From Paramoeba atlantica (Eukaryota > Protista > Discosea), in the NCBI GenBank assembly GCA_977017575.1, contig CDRNVI010000029.1, forward strand, positions 558,001 through 622,000: a DNA stretch of 64,000 nt. The letters run 5' to 3'. This document shows, in pieces, positions 45,509-57,286 of the stretch. The notes beneath the pieces are model-generated. The model was not told the origin of the DNA. It searched no databases and saw only the letters and a program-made list of their open reading frames with translations. How positions within the stretch are numbered: position 1 is the first letter of the stretch; each line of letters opens with the position of its first letter. The position numbers and the translations under genes were made by a program.

Positions 45509-46070
45509 CGTTGTTCCACATAGAACTTTGCGAACAAATCAACAATCCCGCCCGTACGCCACGTGTTACAAATACAGTACATACAAGTGGAAAAAGCATT
45601 GGCGTCGCGAAGTGGCACCAAACGGTTTTTGCTTGCTATACTAGTAGTATAGTGAATTACTACATGTTGGTTACTGATTACTACACGGAATACTGATTAC
45701 TACGTCGATTACTACATGCGCCTTTTGAGAGTGTGGAGCAGCAGTTTCCGACATGATTGAGGCAGGTAAAAGAAGGACTGATGCGACCGGTGTCATCAAC
45801 TATGTAGGTTGTTGAGATTTAGGAAAAACTTCTAAACATACATGTACGTATGATTATCACACCAGAGGACGTTATTATGATTATCACTGTACATGAATTC
45901 GCATTCGGTGACTACAGGGACAATAAAGAAGTAGTGGTGAACAGCTTCATAAATAGTGGGTAACAATCCCCTTCCTCTTGACTGCCACCAGCTTCAGGCC
46001 GTCTGATGTTTGGCTGGATCGCGGTCAAAACCTTTGCCGGACGAATACTCAGACCAAACGTTGGCAGTAA

Positions 46071-46517
46071 TTACAAGCACTGGTGTCCCGCTTTTGAAGA
46101 GATCGTTGGCCTCGTCAACTCCAATGATCTTACCGGCCTCTTCGAACCATCAGTACGTACATGCTCTCGAACCATCAGTACGTACATGAGTGAAAAACTC
46201 ATCGCTCCCTTCCAGAAGAACATGAACCACTTTTGTTGCAGTCTGTCTAGGTGTTTTCGAAGATCTGCACCTAACGCTGCGGGACAACCTTCACGATCTG
46301 CCTCTCTGAGCAAAAGTTTAGTAGCCCAGTAGGGAATCAGCGCCGTAGGATTGTCTCGAACGTCAGAAAGCTCCTTCAGCATGTCTTTTTGGATGAAACT
46401 GGACGACAAGGGATGGTAATTGAAAACTGTATAGGTCCCCAAAAGAGATGTCATTGGAGAGTCATTAGTAGCTCCAGCGACTGCTGGTGATCGTCTGCGG
46501 TTGTCGGCGATTGGCAA
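46071..46517 (-). pseudogene. Possible tyrosine-recombinase catalytic-domain relic
   Basis: FFWKGAMSFSLMYVLMVREHV.TDG...LEL resembles F.GA.R.SE...L...DV...G..L with the catalytic R lost. Confidence 0.3.
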
Positions 46518-46847
46518 TGACTTTCAGCGCCCTCCTGAGACTGCCCAAATGCTCCTCAATGTTAACAACATTCGATTTTTTATTGCAACTCGTATAATGT
46601 TAACATTGGGGAGTAAAAGTTCGATTATTGTCAACATTCGATCATTGTTAACAAAAAAGGTTCGAAAAACTTGTTAACAGTAAACGAGCCCCGCCTTTAA
46701 CTTGAACACATTACCAGTCGCTGTACGGTACCTTATACATGTATAGTTTACGACAACTTTCGTCGTGGTAACTTCCCTCCGCTTGTGTTGAAATTTCAGC
46801 AAATGTGCCAGGTCTTTCTTTAATTCTTGTCTTCTGTATAGTTTCTA

Positions 46848-47387
46848 ATGCTTCACACCCTGGCGTCCTCGAGGTTTCACACAAGGAAGTGTGGAATACT
46901 GAGTTGTGAAAGAATTTTTTCGGTGGATGTTATAAGGCCTACGACCCGTACATGTGGCACGTGGTCATATTCTCAGACACGGAGATGCTCGTCTCAATCG
47001 GCTTCTCTGCGTAGTACACTGCACGAAAGTGCATCTGGAACGAAGCAGTTGCAATCTCCACATTCTAACACCGCTTCGAATGCCTCAGCGTGTCACGCCC
47101 AGCGTTTCCCAATGGAAAGGTCTTCTTTCGTTTATGAGGGGGCGGAGAAAGGAACTGATATTGGAGCTCGGAATGAGGCAGCATATATTCCGTACAAATC
47201 GTTTGTTCCATCCATTTTTAGTTGGAAACGTCGCATTGGCATGCCCTCGTACAACAATATAATGACCACTATAATAGTGGAACTAGGGATTATTTTTACA
47301 ACTGTTACAGCCGTATCCATACTACTGTGGAGTGCATGGATCCAAAGAAAATACGAAGTTGTTCGTCCTACTCGAGCAGCATCCTAA
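46848..47387 (+). CDS. Hypothetical protein with presequence-like N-terminus and C-terminal TM helix
   Basis: 179 aa, ATG start, hydrophobic IIVELGIIFTTVTAVSILLW segment. Confidence 0.6.
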   Translation: MLHTLASSRFHTRKCGILSCERIFSVDVIRPTTRTCGTWSYSQTRRCSSQSASLRSTLHESASGTKQLQSPHSNTASNASACHAQRFPMERSSFVYEGAEKGTDIGARNEAAYIPYKSFVPSIFSWKRRIGMPSYNNIMTTIIVELGIIFTTVTAVSILLWSAWIQRKYEVVRPTRAAS

Positions 47388-47959
47388 GGTTACAAAGCAA
47401 ATAACCAAGATGGGGACAAATGTAACCCTCTGCTTCTTTATCGGCCTACTAGCCCTTTAGGCTGTTTGTGACCTTTTTGTTATATCTACGTTTATTTATT
47501 CAACAGTTTTTAATTTTTTAATTTCAAATCGCCAAATTTGTAGGTGTTACCAGGTTTGTCTTGTTAAAGCATATAAAATTTATCATTTTTTTCTCATATT
47601 CGTTTCTCCCTGCACTAATTTAAGCCTGTATTAAAGTCGCAAAAACATACAAGCAAGTATTATTACGTAAGATTGATGGAGGTTGTCTGCGTACTGTTAT
47701 TATGTTTTATTAATATACCGAAATGTGTACTAAATAGAGCGTCAGGGAAGAAGGGACACTTTTGCAGCATCTATGTTTCTTTTTGATTTTGAAAAAATCT
47801 AAAATATTTTTAAAATATTCGACGTTTTTTACATTTATTTTACCCTGAAGCGCATATTTCTTGAAGAGGAAGACGAGTTTAAACGGGGGGTATTAATATA
47901 ATGTTATGATTCTATACCTCATAGTCTCATAGCCTTTTGCAACTTTACTATCAGCTGAC

Positions 47960-49540
47960 ATGAAGCATGACGTTTGGCAACCTTCCCTTAATGTAGAAAG
48001 TATTCCCAAAAAAGCCAAGTGGTCAGAGGGACCGCTGATTCGGGGGGGTGTTGCGTATAGTGATCTGCTCGACACCTACGACTTCCGTAAGGTCTACGGC
48101 GCTAAGAGCACCGATTATTTTGGAAATATTATTAACTACGTAACATCAAGAGCTTTTCGTTCCCAAGACGATATGAGCACCGTAGCACCCTATCCGAAAT
48201 ATGCGTCACATTTATTCCCCACATCGAAAACTATAGAAAACCCTTTGAGCGCTATATGTACCCAGTGGACAAATACAGTCTATAATCATGACTATAGACG
48301 TACAGATCCTGCGATAAGTGAACCTCGCACAAAGGGTTACTTTAGCAATATGATTTGGGTAAACGAAGGGCGTCGACTGATAGCATCTACCTCCACCGGA
48401 GAGTTTGCTTTATGGAATGGCCATAGCTATACAATAGAGGGAAGAACACTTTCTCACGAAGAAGCCCCATGTCGTTCTCTTGCTTACGCACCAATTAATG
48501 AGATCTTATTTAGTGCCGACGATTTAGGCGTTTTAAAAATTTGGAAATTGGACTTGAAATGTGTTGCAAAGCTTCAGGCGCATTCTGGTTGCGGTTGTAT
48601 GATTCGTGAGATCACTGTTTCTCCCTCGGAGATGAAATTCTTATCTGCAGGAAAGGATGGTACTGTTCGCGTGTGGGATACGGAGACGCAAACAATGATG
48701 AACAAATTTCAAGGGCATGGCAGTGACGTGACATCGTGCTCTTGGCATTCGGATATGGCTTTAATTGCAACAGCAAGTTTAGACAATAACATTCGTCTAT
48801 GGGATCCAAGAACACCTCGATCCGAATTGGCCATTATGCAGGGACATATGAGTGGTGTGGGCCGGGTGCGATTTAATCCAACATGCAAACATTGGTTGCT
48901 CTCGGCAAGTAAGGATAACACGATCCGATTGTGGGATATACGAAAGCTTGATACTGTTTCATTATTTCGTGGACATACGAAGGAGCCTACGGGCATTGAG
49001 TGGCATCCTCACCATAGCACACTTTTCACATCCGCCGGATTGGATGGTATTTTAGCGTTTTTTATTGTGAACTACGGGGGCGCTACTTTATACTACAAAG
49101 GTCGTGACGTACACAATCGCTGGATGGCAGCAATAAATCGCGCCCATGGGACATTTAGATCTTTGCCTACAGGGATTCAGAACGTAACATGGCATCCCTT
49201 GGGTCACGTAGTAGCGACCTGTTCATTCGACGGTCGACTTTGGACAAGAAACAAAGTTGGTTCCGAAATTGAGGTGAATTACAGCGAGAGTGAAGATTCT
49301 GCATACGACGTCATCACGACGCGACGAGAAACGCAAAGACATGACCCAGATGACACCAAACCGCAAACTTGTATCTATCATGACTCCAAGACGCTAGCCC
49401 AACCGGAAAGCTCCCAATGGGCGATCACCCAAAATCACGGTACTTTAAATGAAAAATCGTACCTCGACGATGAGTATGATGCTCCTTCAACACGCAGTGA
49501 CAATGAAGATGCCATTAACGCGACATTTACATTAGAATAG
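47960..49540 (+). CDS. PFS2: Polyadenylation factor PFS2/WDR33
   Basis: W..EGRRL......GEF.LWNG signature followed by WD40 repeats and WHP.GH..AT. Confidence 0.88.
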   Translation: MKHDVWQPSLNVESIPKKAKWSEGPLIRGGVAYSDLLDTYDFRKVYGAKSTDYFGNIINYVTSRAFRSQDDMSTVAPYPKYASHLFPTSKTIENPLSAICTQWTNTVYNHDYRRTDPAISEPRTKGYFSNMIWVNEGRRLIASTSTGEFALWNGHSYTIEGRTLSHEEAPCRSLAYAPINEILFSADDLGVLKIWKLDLKCVAKLQAHSGCGCMIREITVSPSEMKFLSAGKDGTVRVWDTETQTMMNKFQGHGSDVTSCSWHSDMALIATASLDNNIRLWDPRTPRSELAIMQGHMSGVGRVRFNPTCKHWLLSASKDNTIRLWDIRKLDTVSLFRGHTKEPTGIEWHPHHSTLFTSAGLDGILAFFIVNYGGATLYYKGRDVHNRWMAAINRAHGTFRSLPTGIQNVTWHPLGHVVATCSFDGRLWTRNKVGSEIEVNYSESEDSAYDVITTRRETQRHDPDDTKPQTCIYHDSKTLAQPESSQWAITQNHGTLNEKSYLDDEYDAPSTRSDNEDAINATFTLE

Positions 49541-49714
49541 TTTAAATTATGCAAATCGTATGATACATTGTAAAAATCCTTTATATGGACGTTGGGTATC
49601 GAGATTTCTCCTTCCTCCGATTCATCGCAACAGAAGCGCACCACTAATTTGGGAACAGATTTCATATTTATTAGTTTGTGCATTGATTTCCGTTATTTTA
49701 TATTTTCTTCGCAC

Positions 49715-50548
49715 ATGAGAATTATTTTTGTATGTCTGTGTATCATAGGGTTTGACTCGTGCCATATTAGGGCATTGCACGGAGTTCGATTCGCGGATCA
49801 GGAGGCCGTTCCTGGAGTCCCGCTGAACGCTCATCAAATACTTCAAACAGGTACCACTTCCATCGGGTATTGGGTAGAGCGCTGCCTTTATACTCTGGAG
49901 TACTACTTAGGAGGGATGATCGGAGGAAATCCTTCACCGATGTTGGATACAAATTCTGATTCACTCGGAGGCGTTGTACAAGAAACATTGCGTGCTGCAC
50001 TGAGCTCGCGATATTGTTTTACAGTGTCGTGGAATGAAACATATTTCGGATTTTGGACATTGACGCAGCGCCGCTCGTTTCCATGTGCCACATCATGCGA
50101 ATCAAAGAACTCATCGCACGCACAGACATGTTCCGGGGTGGATTTCAATTACCGTCTCAGGACAAGGCGGCAAGCAAAGCCTCCATATCGTCCATGGTAC
50201 ACGCAACTGTTTGCCCGAAGTCATGGGCTACCAGATTTAAAGGATGAATGGCCTTGTGAACCTTGCAAGCCACAAATTTACAACATTCCTGGTTTTTCTC
50301 AGAAGTGCGCAAAAGTTCAAATTGGCGATGCTCATGCGGAATTTGAGTGTGATGAGCCCACCATGTGCGATTACGATCCGAACTGGGGCTTGGAACCTAG
50401 ATGTTCATTTTGGCGCAACCGTGCGCGGCATGGTCTACTCTGGGGAGGTCCTACTCAATGTGCACAATGTGGTAAACAATACTACGCTTCCGATGGTCAC
50501 CTTGAGACATCTGCTCGAAAACAAATAGAGCAGCTGTTCGATCAGTAG
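49715..50548 (+). CDS. Hypothetical secreted cysteine-rich protein
   Basis: ATG at 49715 gives a signal-peptide-like MRIIFVCLCIIGF; many Cys and Trp residues. Confidence 0.65.
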   Translation: MRIIFVCLCIIGFDSCHIRALHGVRFADQEAVPGVPLNAHQILQTGTTSIGYWVERCLYTLEYYLGGMIGGNPSPMLDTNSDSLGGVVQETLRAALSSRYCFTVSWNETYFGFWTLTQRRSFPCATSCESKNSSHAQTCSGVDFNYRLRTRRQAKPPYRPWYTQLFARSHGLPDLKDEWPCEPCKPQIYNIPGFSQKCAKVQIGDAHAEFECDEPTMCDYDPNWGLEPRCSFWRNRARHGLLWGGPTQCAQCGKQYYASDGHLETSARKQIEQLFDQ

Positions 50549-51868
50549 TCGCATATTACTTTTTTCTCCTGCAGACACAATCAAAAACATTACCTTCCTT
50601 TCGCTCTTTGTATTTGTTATGAGTATTTGCATTTTTTTATAGTTCTACATGTATGTGTTCTCTATTCTTCCTGCTGCGCCTTACGAAATATGTAAGTCTA
50701 TAATATAAACATTGATCGCGTCACACTGAAAAATCGAAATGAAACAGGTGTCGTAGAATATTCGGGTATTCGAAATATTTACAGGGCTGAAACCTGAAGG
50801 ACTGTCACGTAACAGGTGGGATCGTGTGGGATGAGTGATTCAATCACATTTGATACTAATACTTTTGCTAATGCTACTCTTTTGGTCTTTGATTCCTTGA
50901 TCATTTCTTCATCAATCTATTCAGAATAAAATATTCAGAGGAAATTTTTTGAGCATACATTTCTTTTTTCTTTTATCAAAACTAATGGAAGGCTATATTA
51001 CTCTAGATGACTCAGTGTATATGGAAGGCCTTTTCGTCTCCAGTGACTCGGAAGCCTATGATTGTCTAGTTCGTGGGTCGAACGTTCGGTGGAGTTGAAA
51101 CAATATTGCCGTATTTTTGTCAAAAAACTAATTATTCCATCGGAATGTTGTAAGAATCATCAACGAAGATACAATAAAGTGCAAAGGATGGAACGCACAA
51201 ATGGCTTGGGTCCGCCTTGCGACCCCAAAAGACGGTTACAGTATTTCACTCCGCGCGAAGTGAGGCAGAGGGAGACCTTACCCTCCCTATTACGGCCGAA
51301 ATTTGGTTCCTGGCTCCATTTTTTTGACGGATAAAATCAGGCGGGGCGTTGCCTGACGACCTGACCTATTCCGGTTCATAGCTAGTGGGACATACGTAAA
51401 ATACTACAAGCCATGTGATACCTCGGGGGTAGGTACGGAGCCCGAGACAATGCCATAGAAAAACCATTTAACTCATATGTCTTGCCTTGACAAGCAACGT
51501 AGAAAAGATTTCGGACAATCAGTACCTAAATTGCGCAAAAAGAATCTAAACTTCTTTCTGCCTCACATACTTTACTCTCCGTGGGAATTTCTTTTGCCGC
51601 CCCCATCTTGTCAAGAGCGTGCTTTCGTTCTTGCAAGATGCATGCTGTTCAAAGTACAATCATTACAGGGGTCCGAATAACTACAAAACTTTATTATAGG
51701 TACTTTAAAGTAACTATATCTATTTTTCCCTACCTTTATCTACCTTTATTTTTTTGTCAATGGTTTGCACTGTAATCGTAGAAATTTTGTAGAAATTTTT
51801 CAATGCCTAATCGCTCGGATTGATACAGAAAGTCGAGCTAAATTTGTCCAGTCTTTTTAGTAAAATTA

Positions 51869-51977
51869 CTTTTTTAGGATCTTCGTTAAACGCGGTGGTT
51901 GTTTTCAACTTAGAAGTCACACATGCTGTGCGCTTCCCGTTGAAAACTACCACCGCGTTTAACGAAGAGCCTAAAAA
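51869..51977. repeat. ~100-bp palindromic element, family P
   Basis: tcttcgttaaacgcggtggttgttttcaac...gttgaaaactaccaccgcgtttaacgaaga; full copy at 63791-63889, half copies at 31338-31374 and 53573-53651. Confidence 0.9.
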
Positions 51978-52586
51978 AGAAAAATCTCCAAAAGATCATG
52001 AATAATCTACTTTTTTGGGGGAAAAAGTTCGATTTTTCGGCAAAAATTGCGAAATTTTACACCGAATTTGGGCTGTTTTGTATACCTTACCAGTAGGGGC
52101 AGGAGTCGAATTTGTCGACAAAAACGTCGTAGAATGGTATCTGAGGTCCGAAATTCTCCAAATACGGTTTAGGAGTCGATTTTGGAAGAAGAATATTTTT
52201 CCTTTTTTTTGGGTCAAAAATTTTTTCCGCAGGCGTTGCCGCATCGTTATTGAGCGAAACGGATCTTCTTGTGGGTATTGAGGGTAATTTTTGACCATTT
52301 TTTACAGTTTTTCAACTTTGCAAATCGTGTTTTTGACCCTTCCATCAAATGGGGGTACCCCCCTAACCCCCGCAAACTGCGTATCCTAAAACATACAACT
52401 CTGCGAGAGCTCTCGAATGCGCTATTATTTCCCAATATCGGACAAATTTTACGAATTTTAGACCCCTCCCCATCATGGGATTTTCACCCCTGTATGTACA
52501 TCTACACATACTCTGTAAGTGTACAGTGTATATCAGCAGGGGATATTCTAAACCACAGTCCGAGTTAGCATTCCTGTAGCTAGATA

Positions 52587-52933
52587 ACATTCCGGGGGGG
52601 AATGTTATTATGTCCCATTGCTCCCCCCGAAAAACCCCCGTGCCCCCCCGTGGCTTACAGGTTCACCCACTCCACCGACGAAGAGCCACCACGGGAGATT
52701 CTCAACTCTGCTCCCCTACAGGGTCCTCCAGGTTTTCGGTACGCATGTACGCTACGTAGTACTTTAAGAAAGTTCAAGAACTCCAAGAAAGTGAAGCAAA
52801 AGAAGTCGAAGCAATGGGCGAAGAGGAAGATACTGAATAAATGAAGTTATTTTTCCTTTCAACAAAATAACTCAAAAAATTATCTTGAAAATTTGACAAT
52901 CCTGTAGCTACTTAACCTTCCCCCCCGGAATGT
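52587..52933. mobile_element. MITE-like element with ACATTCCGGGGGGGAA TIRs
   Basis: TA|ACATTCCGGGGGGGAA ... TTCCCCCCCGGAATGT|TA. Confidence 0.6.
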
Positions 52934-53571
52934 TAAACCGGACTGGTGCATAGGTATCTGCAGGGGAAATGAAAGCTTGGCGCGAATTGAACATGACATG
53001 TCATGTATGACAGGATAGACAGCATTGAATCACACTTCATGACCACAACAGGAATCCATAGATAGTGGCGGGCAACAACGAACAGGCTAGGAGATAAAAT
53101 TTTCCCAGTACTGCACCACCATTGATATTCATATTCATAGACCGTGGAATCCCACCCATAGTCATCACAATCAGTGCTTCCTTCAACTTCGGTGATTGAA
53201 AAAATCGGATGCTCCGAGGCTTGGTCGTCAAAAAGGTTATTCGCGGCGGCGACTGAAATGGGCTCCTGTTGACATGGCCGGCCGAACCGAACAATCCAAC
53301 TTGGTCGAAACCACATTACTTGTTTCCAGAGACGCATATTATGATTCTTATCTAGTCTTTTCTTGTGGTGCAAAAGGGATGATCGTAGTCCTTGTGGTGC
53401 TCCTGTACCTTCCGAAATTTCGTATAGATGCTCCAACATTTGGCGAACGTGTGTTGCCATCGGAGTATCTTTGCTTTTACTAAATTCCTTGAGTGCCGCA
53501 TGTAGTTCACTGCATTCGCTCAAAAAAGATTCACACTGCTTCTTAAAGCATTGTGAGCCAAATTTAGTCAA
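52933..53571 (-). pseudogene. hAT transposase C-terminal fragment
   Basis: QWW......SPSL...ARHYL.IP......DS.LS matches the hAT dimerisation-domain pattern WW...P.L...A..YL.IP.TS...ER.FS. Confidence 0.6.
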
Positions 53572-53678
53572 GTTAGAAGTCGCTCATGCTGCGCGCTTCT
53601 AAGTTGAAAACTACCACCGCGTTTAACGAAGAGCCTAAAAAAGAAAAATCGCCAGAAAATCCTTTAACGTAGGTGACG

Positions 53679-53920
53679 ATCGCAGGACGGGAAATGCGTT
53701 TCTGAGTGAACGAAGGGCTCCGGGTCGCCCCGGCTGGCCGCTGGCTCCCTCAGGAGGTTGTGCCTCCTTTGCGAACTTGCCACCCTCCTTCAAGGGTGAC
53801 ACGCCAGGCCCTTCACAGACGGTGGGGGGTACGAGAACCGAACACGCCTACCAGTTTCCGCTTGTCCAAGGGGGTGCCGACGTGTTTAACATTGTTTGAC
53901 GCCCACGACGGGTACGGGAA
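53679..53920. repeat. GC-rich dispersed repeat, copy 1
   Basis: Similar to 55712-55935, with long identical blocks such as ttgccaccctccttcaagggtgacac. Confidence 0.85.
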
Positions 53921-53973
53921 GATGCCTAGGTCAGGGGTGATATACAGCAGAGTATAGAACCAATCCCCAGCAT

Positions 53974-54011
53974 AGAAGAAGAAGAAGACGAAGAAGAAGA
54001 AGAAGAAGAAG
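53974..54011. repeat. (GAA)n microsatellite
   Basis: About 12 GAA/GAC units. Confidence 0.9.
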
Positions 54012-54214
54012 ACACGGAGGGCTGTGCAGCGCCAAACGTTAGGGTAGCGTCTCAGGTCACCGACCTTCATTATCTTGCAACCCCTTTCTCAGACTGCACT
54101 CGACGCCTTCCGGCCCGAGCACGACTACCCAACCGTAGCTGCCAGGACGGGCGTCCACCCCGTTGCATCGTGTAGGCTGTGTCTCAAGCCTCCTTTGCGT
54201 AAGCCTCCTTTGCG

Positions 54215-54290
54215 TATTTACCCACATGTGGGTAAATGCGGGTAATTTACCCGTTTGAGTTACCCGTTTAACCGCATTTACCCGCCATTC
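54215..54290. repeat. Cluster of TTACCC(G)/GGGTAA motifs, hAT-like subterminal repeats
   Basis: Palindrome atttacccacatgtgggtaaat plus about five more copies, upstream of the hAT fragment. Confidence 0.5.
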
Positions 54291-55305
54291 TTCAATTGTT
54301 ATTAACTTTAGTAGGAACTCAAGTTGCAATACCTAGTCGAAGAGCTACCGTGTCAGACACTCCAATGGGGATATTTCTGTCCTATATTCGCTTTAGTAGG
54401 CCCTCGCATTGTTTCTAGCCACATGATCGACTAAACTTCCATCAGTGATCATGAATGGATTAAAAGCTTCAACAAACGTTGCTCACCAAGATTGGCCTGC
54501 AGAGTACAGATTAGGTGCTGTGCCATAGTTTTTCCATCGATTGCTCGATGTCTCGGTGAATAGATGGGAGGTAGTAAGTATTACTGCGGGCCAACGCACA
54601 TCACTGACAATAAAATTAGAGGCTGTGGGTATGATCTCGCGTGGTCTCACGTGATCTCGTTTTGAGATCGTCCAACCACCTTCCCGAGCCAAATCTGCTC
54701 TCGAGAGATCTACACCCCCGTCCCAGAATATAGTTAGTAATATAGTTAGTAACATATATGTGTAGTTAGTACTATATGTATAGTTAGTAGTCCCAGAATA
54801 TAGTTAGTAACATTTAGAGAACGCCAAAAGAGCTTTTCGTTTTCTGTTTTTTGTGGATTATGTATGACGTCGTCGTGACTAGCTTAAAATTGTTATTAGC
54901 TCGTGTTTCTTTTTTCCTACAATATGATCTTAAATTTTATTACCTACATGCCGCCGTACTGCTTAATTTTTTGGTCGGAGAATCAAGTACCCGGATTTTT
55001 TTCTTTCTTTCGGGTTCTTTGACTTTAATCGCTTCATATTTACAGCTTTGATATTTGTAATTTCACGAATTAGACTATTCACGCGTATCCCTATAGTCTG
55101 CCTATACTCCTTTATTTTTTCTGATTTTTTATGACTGATTCCACGTTCAAACTTTCGGATAGCGAATCAGACGATGCAGAAGTGATCACTTGCGAAACAG
55201 TCTCACTTTCTGAAACATCGAGTTCCGATTAGTATGACACCTCAGACATAACTACTCCCCCTCTCATTAATAATTATAAACCTCCAAAAATCATTAAAGG
55301 GATTG

Positions 55306-56317
55306 GGGCGGTAGGGACAAATAGGATAGGGACGAAAAATTGATTTTTTTCGAAATTGCTCACAATAATTTTTTAAACGTTTTCAAATCATTTTCGTATT
55401 CATGCAGCCATTTTCAGCGTCTCTGAGCACATAATTTTATTAACTTGTCGCACCATACTTCTTTAGTAACATGGCATAGTATTTCACTCTATCGAAACTT
55501 TTCCCATGGGTAGATCACACAGAAATCCAACACTCTGGTCGAGAGTGCAATAAGTCAGCGCGGCGAGACGTTCTCGTGGGCGCTTGAGCTCCCCTGACGA
55601 TTGCTTGGGAATGATCGGTTACTATGTTTCTTCCCGGCGATCTGAAGGAAGTTTCGACGCTTTGATCCACATGAAATCAACATTTTCTTACCTGACAAAC
55701 GCAGATGCCTATCGCAGGACGGCAAATGCGTTTCTGAGTGAATGAAGGGCACCGGGCCGCCCCGGCTGGCCGCTGGCTCCCTCAGGATGTTCCCCCTTTG
55801 GGAAGTTGCCACCCTCCTTCAAGGGTGACACAATAGGCCCTTCACAGACGGTGGGGGGTGCGAGGTCCGAACGCCTCTACCAGTTTCTGCCGACGTGTTT
55901 AACTTTGTTTGACGACCACATCGGGTACGGGAGTTGGTTCCATGCGGGGGGGGTCCGAGTCGGTCCCCCAGACCTCAGACCTAATCGGAGGGTCTGTGTG
56001 GATCACTAACCATTGTTCTTCCTCGTGGATAGCTGACTGGTCGAATTTCTCGGAGTGTTAGACCGCCCACTATTACCGTAAGTCCCGTAAGAGAGATTGG
56101 GCCTCAGTAAGCGAGATTTGGTTCGAGGGGCTGAGCGGGTGGCTGGATGGGGGATCGTGGCTGGGATAGGTGACGGTAGCTGTGCGGGCGGTGATGTCTC
56201 TTTTAAACGCTTAAAATGGGTGTATGAACCTGCAAATGCCATAAAAACATTTAAAAGGACTTTTGAATCATTTTCGAAAAAAATCAATTTTTCGTCAAAT
56301 ATTTGTCCCTACCGTCC
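55306..56317. mobile_element. Non-autonomous Mutator-like element
   Basis: Exact 9-bp TSD AAGGGATTG at 55297-55305 and 56318-56326; ~50-bp imperfect TIRs starting GG(G/A)CGGTAGGGACAAATA. Confidence 0.8.
55712..55935. repeat. GC-rich dispersed repeat, copy 2 (inside the Mutator-like element)
   Basis: See 53679-53920. Confidence 0.85.
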
Positions 56318-56809
56318 AAGGGATTGTTTATAGAAATTTAATGAGATTATATAATTCTGTAATGAGATTATATAATTCTGAGTCTCACTTTTATAATTAT
56401 AAAGCTCAAATTCTTCATTTTTTATCTAGAAAGACACCTGTACCACATACTTCGCACAAATAAATGCTTCCAAGTTGAACGAAGTGTCTCGAAAATCAAG
56501 AATTTGAGGTCCATAATAAGAAAAAATCAGTTATCAAATCTCATTAATAATTATAAACCATAATTATAATTATAAACTAAAAAGGTTTATAGATTATAAT
56601 TATAATTATTAATGAGGGGTAGTACTGTGTCTGAAGGAAATGATTCTGATTGGGATCCGGACGATGATCTCTCGAGTTCTTCTATTTGTGATACTGAGGA
56701 ATGGAGCGATAAGGAGACTCTCGAAGCATTCAGCGAACTTCGAGGTGTGTCTGAAAGTTCCAAACAAGAACACATCATAAAACATTTTACTGATTCTACT
56801 GTCGGATTT

Positions 56810-56932
56810 GATGACCATACCATAGCGATACCATAGCGATGAGGAGACGGAGCTACCCTATAGATACCCTATAGATACCCTATAGATGACCATACCATAG
56901 CGATACCATAGCGATGAGGAGACGGAGCTACC
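56810..56932. repeat. Nested tandem duplication
   Basis: A ~48-bp unit occurs twice, each with a doubled ATACCATAGCG, separated by (TATAGATACCC)x2.5. Confidence 0.85.
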
Positions 56933-57286
56933 CGATTCCACTGTTTTATATGAAGGACAGCTGTTAAACATAATGGAAGAAAGAGTTTCAAGTTCCTGTG
57001 TGGAGGAGATCACTGAAGAAACCATCCCCCGAATAGAGGTACCCATTGTCACGGAGTCATGCAACCGAGAAATCAGTGATACTATATACACTGTACTATA
57101 TCAGTGATACTATATACTATATTCCGGATACCTGTATGGAGGAATACGAAGCAAAACTTAGGTCCCTCCAAAAAGCTTTGTCCTCTAAGGCGAGGACTAT
57201 ACTCGTACTCCGCAGAAAATTATATTCTTCGAGGTCAGAAATTGTAAGACTGAAACAAAAATTGGACGAAAAGGGAAATCTTCTTA

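Noticed and set aside
51062-51334. DNMT2 C-terminal relic (LQYFTPREV)
   Set aside because: A single short motif with no following GFP and no upstream methyltransferase motifs.
52355-52370. Telomeric repeat (CCCTAA)
   Set aside because: Single unit only.
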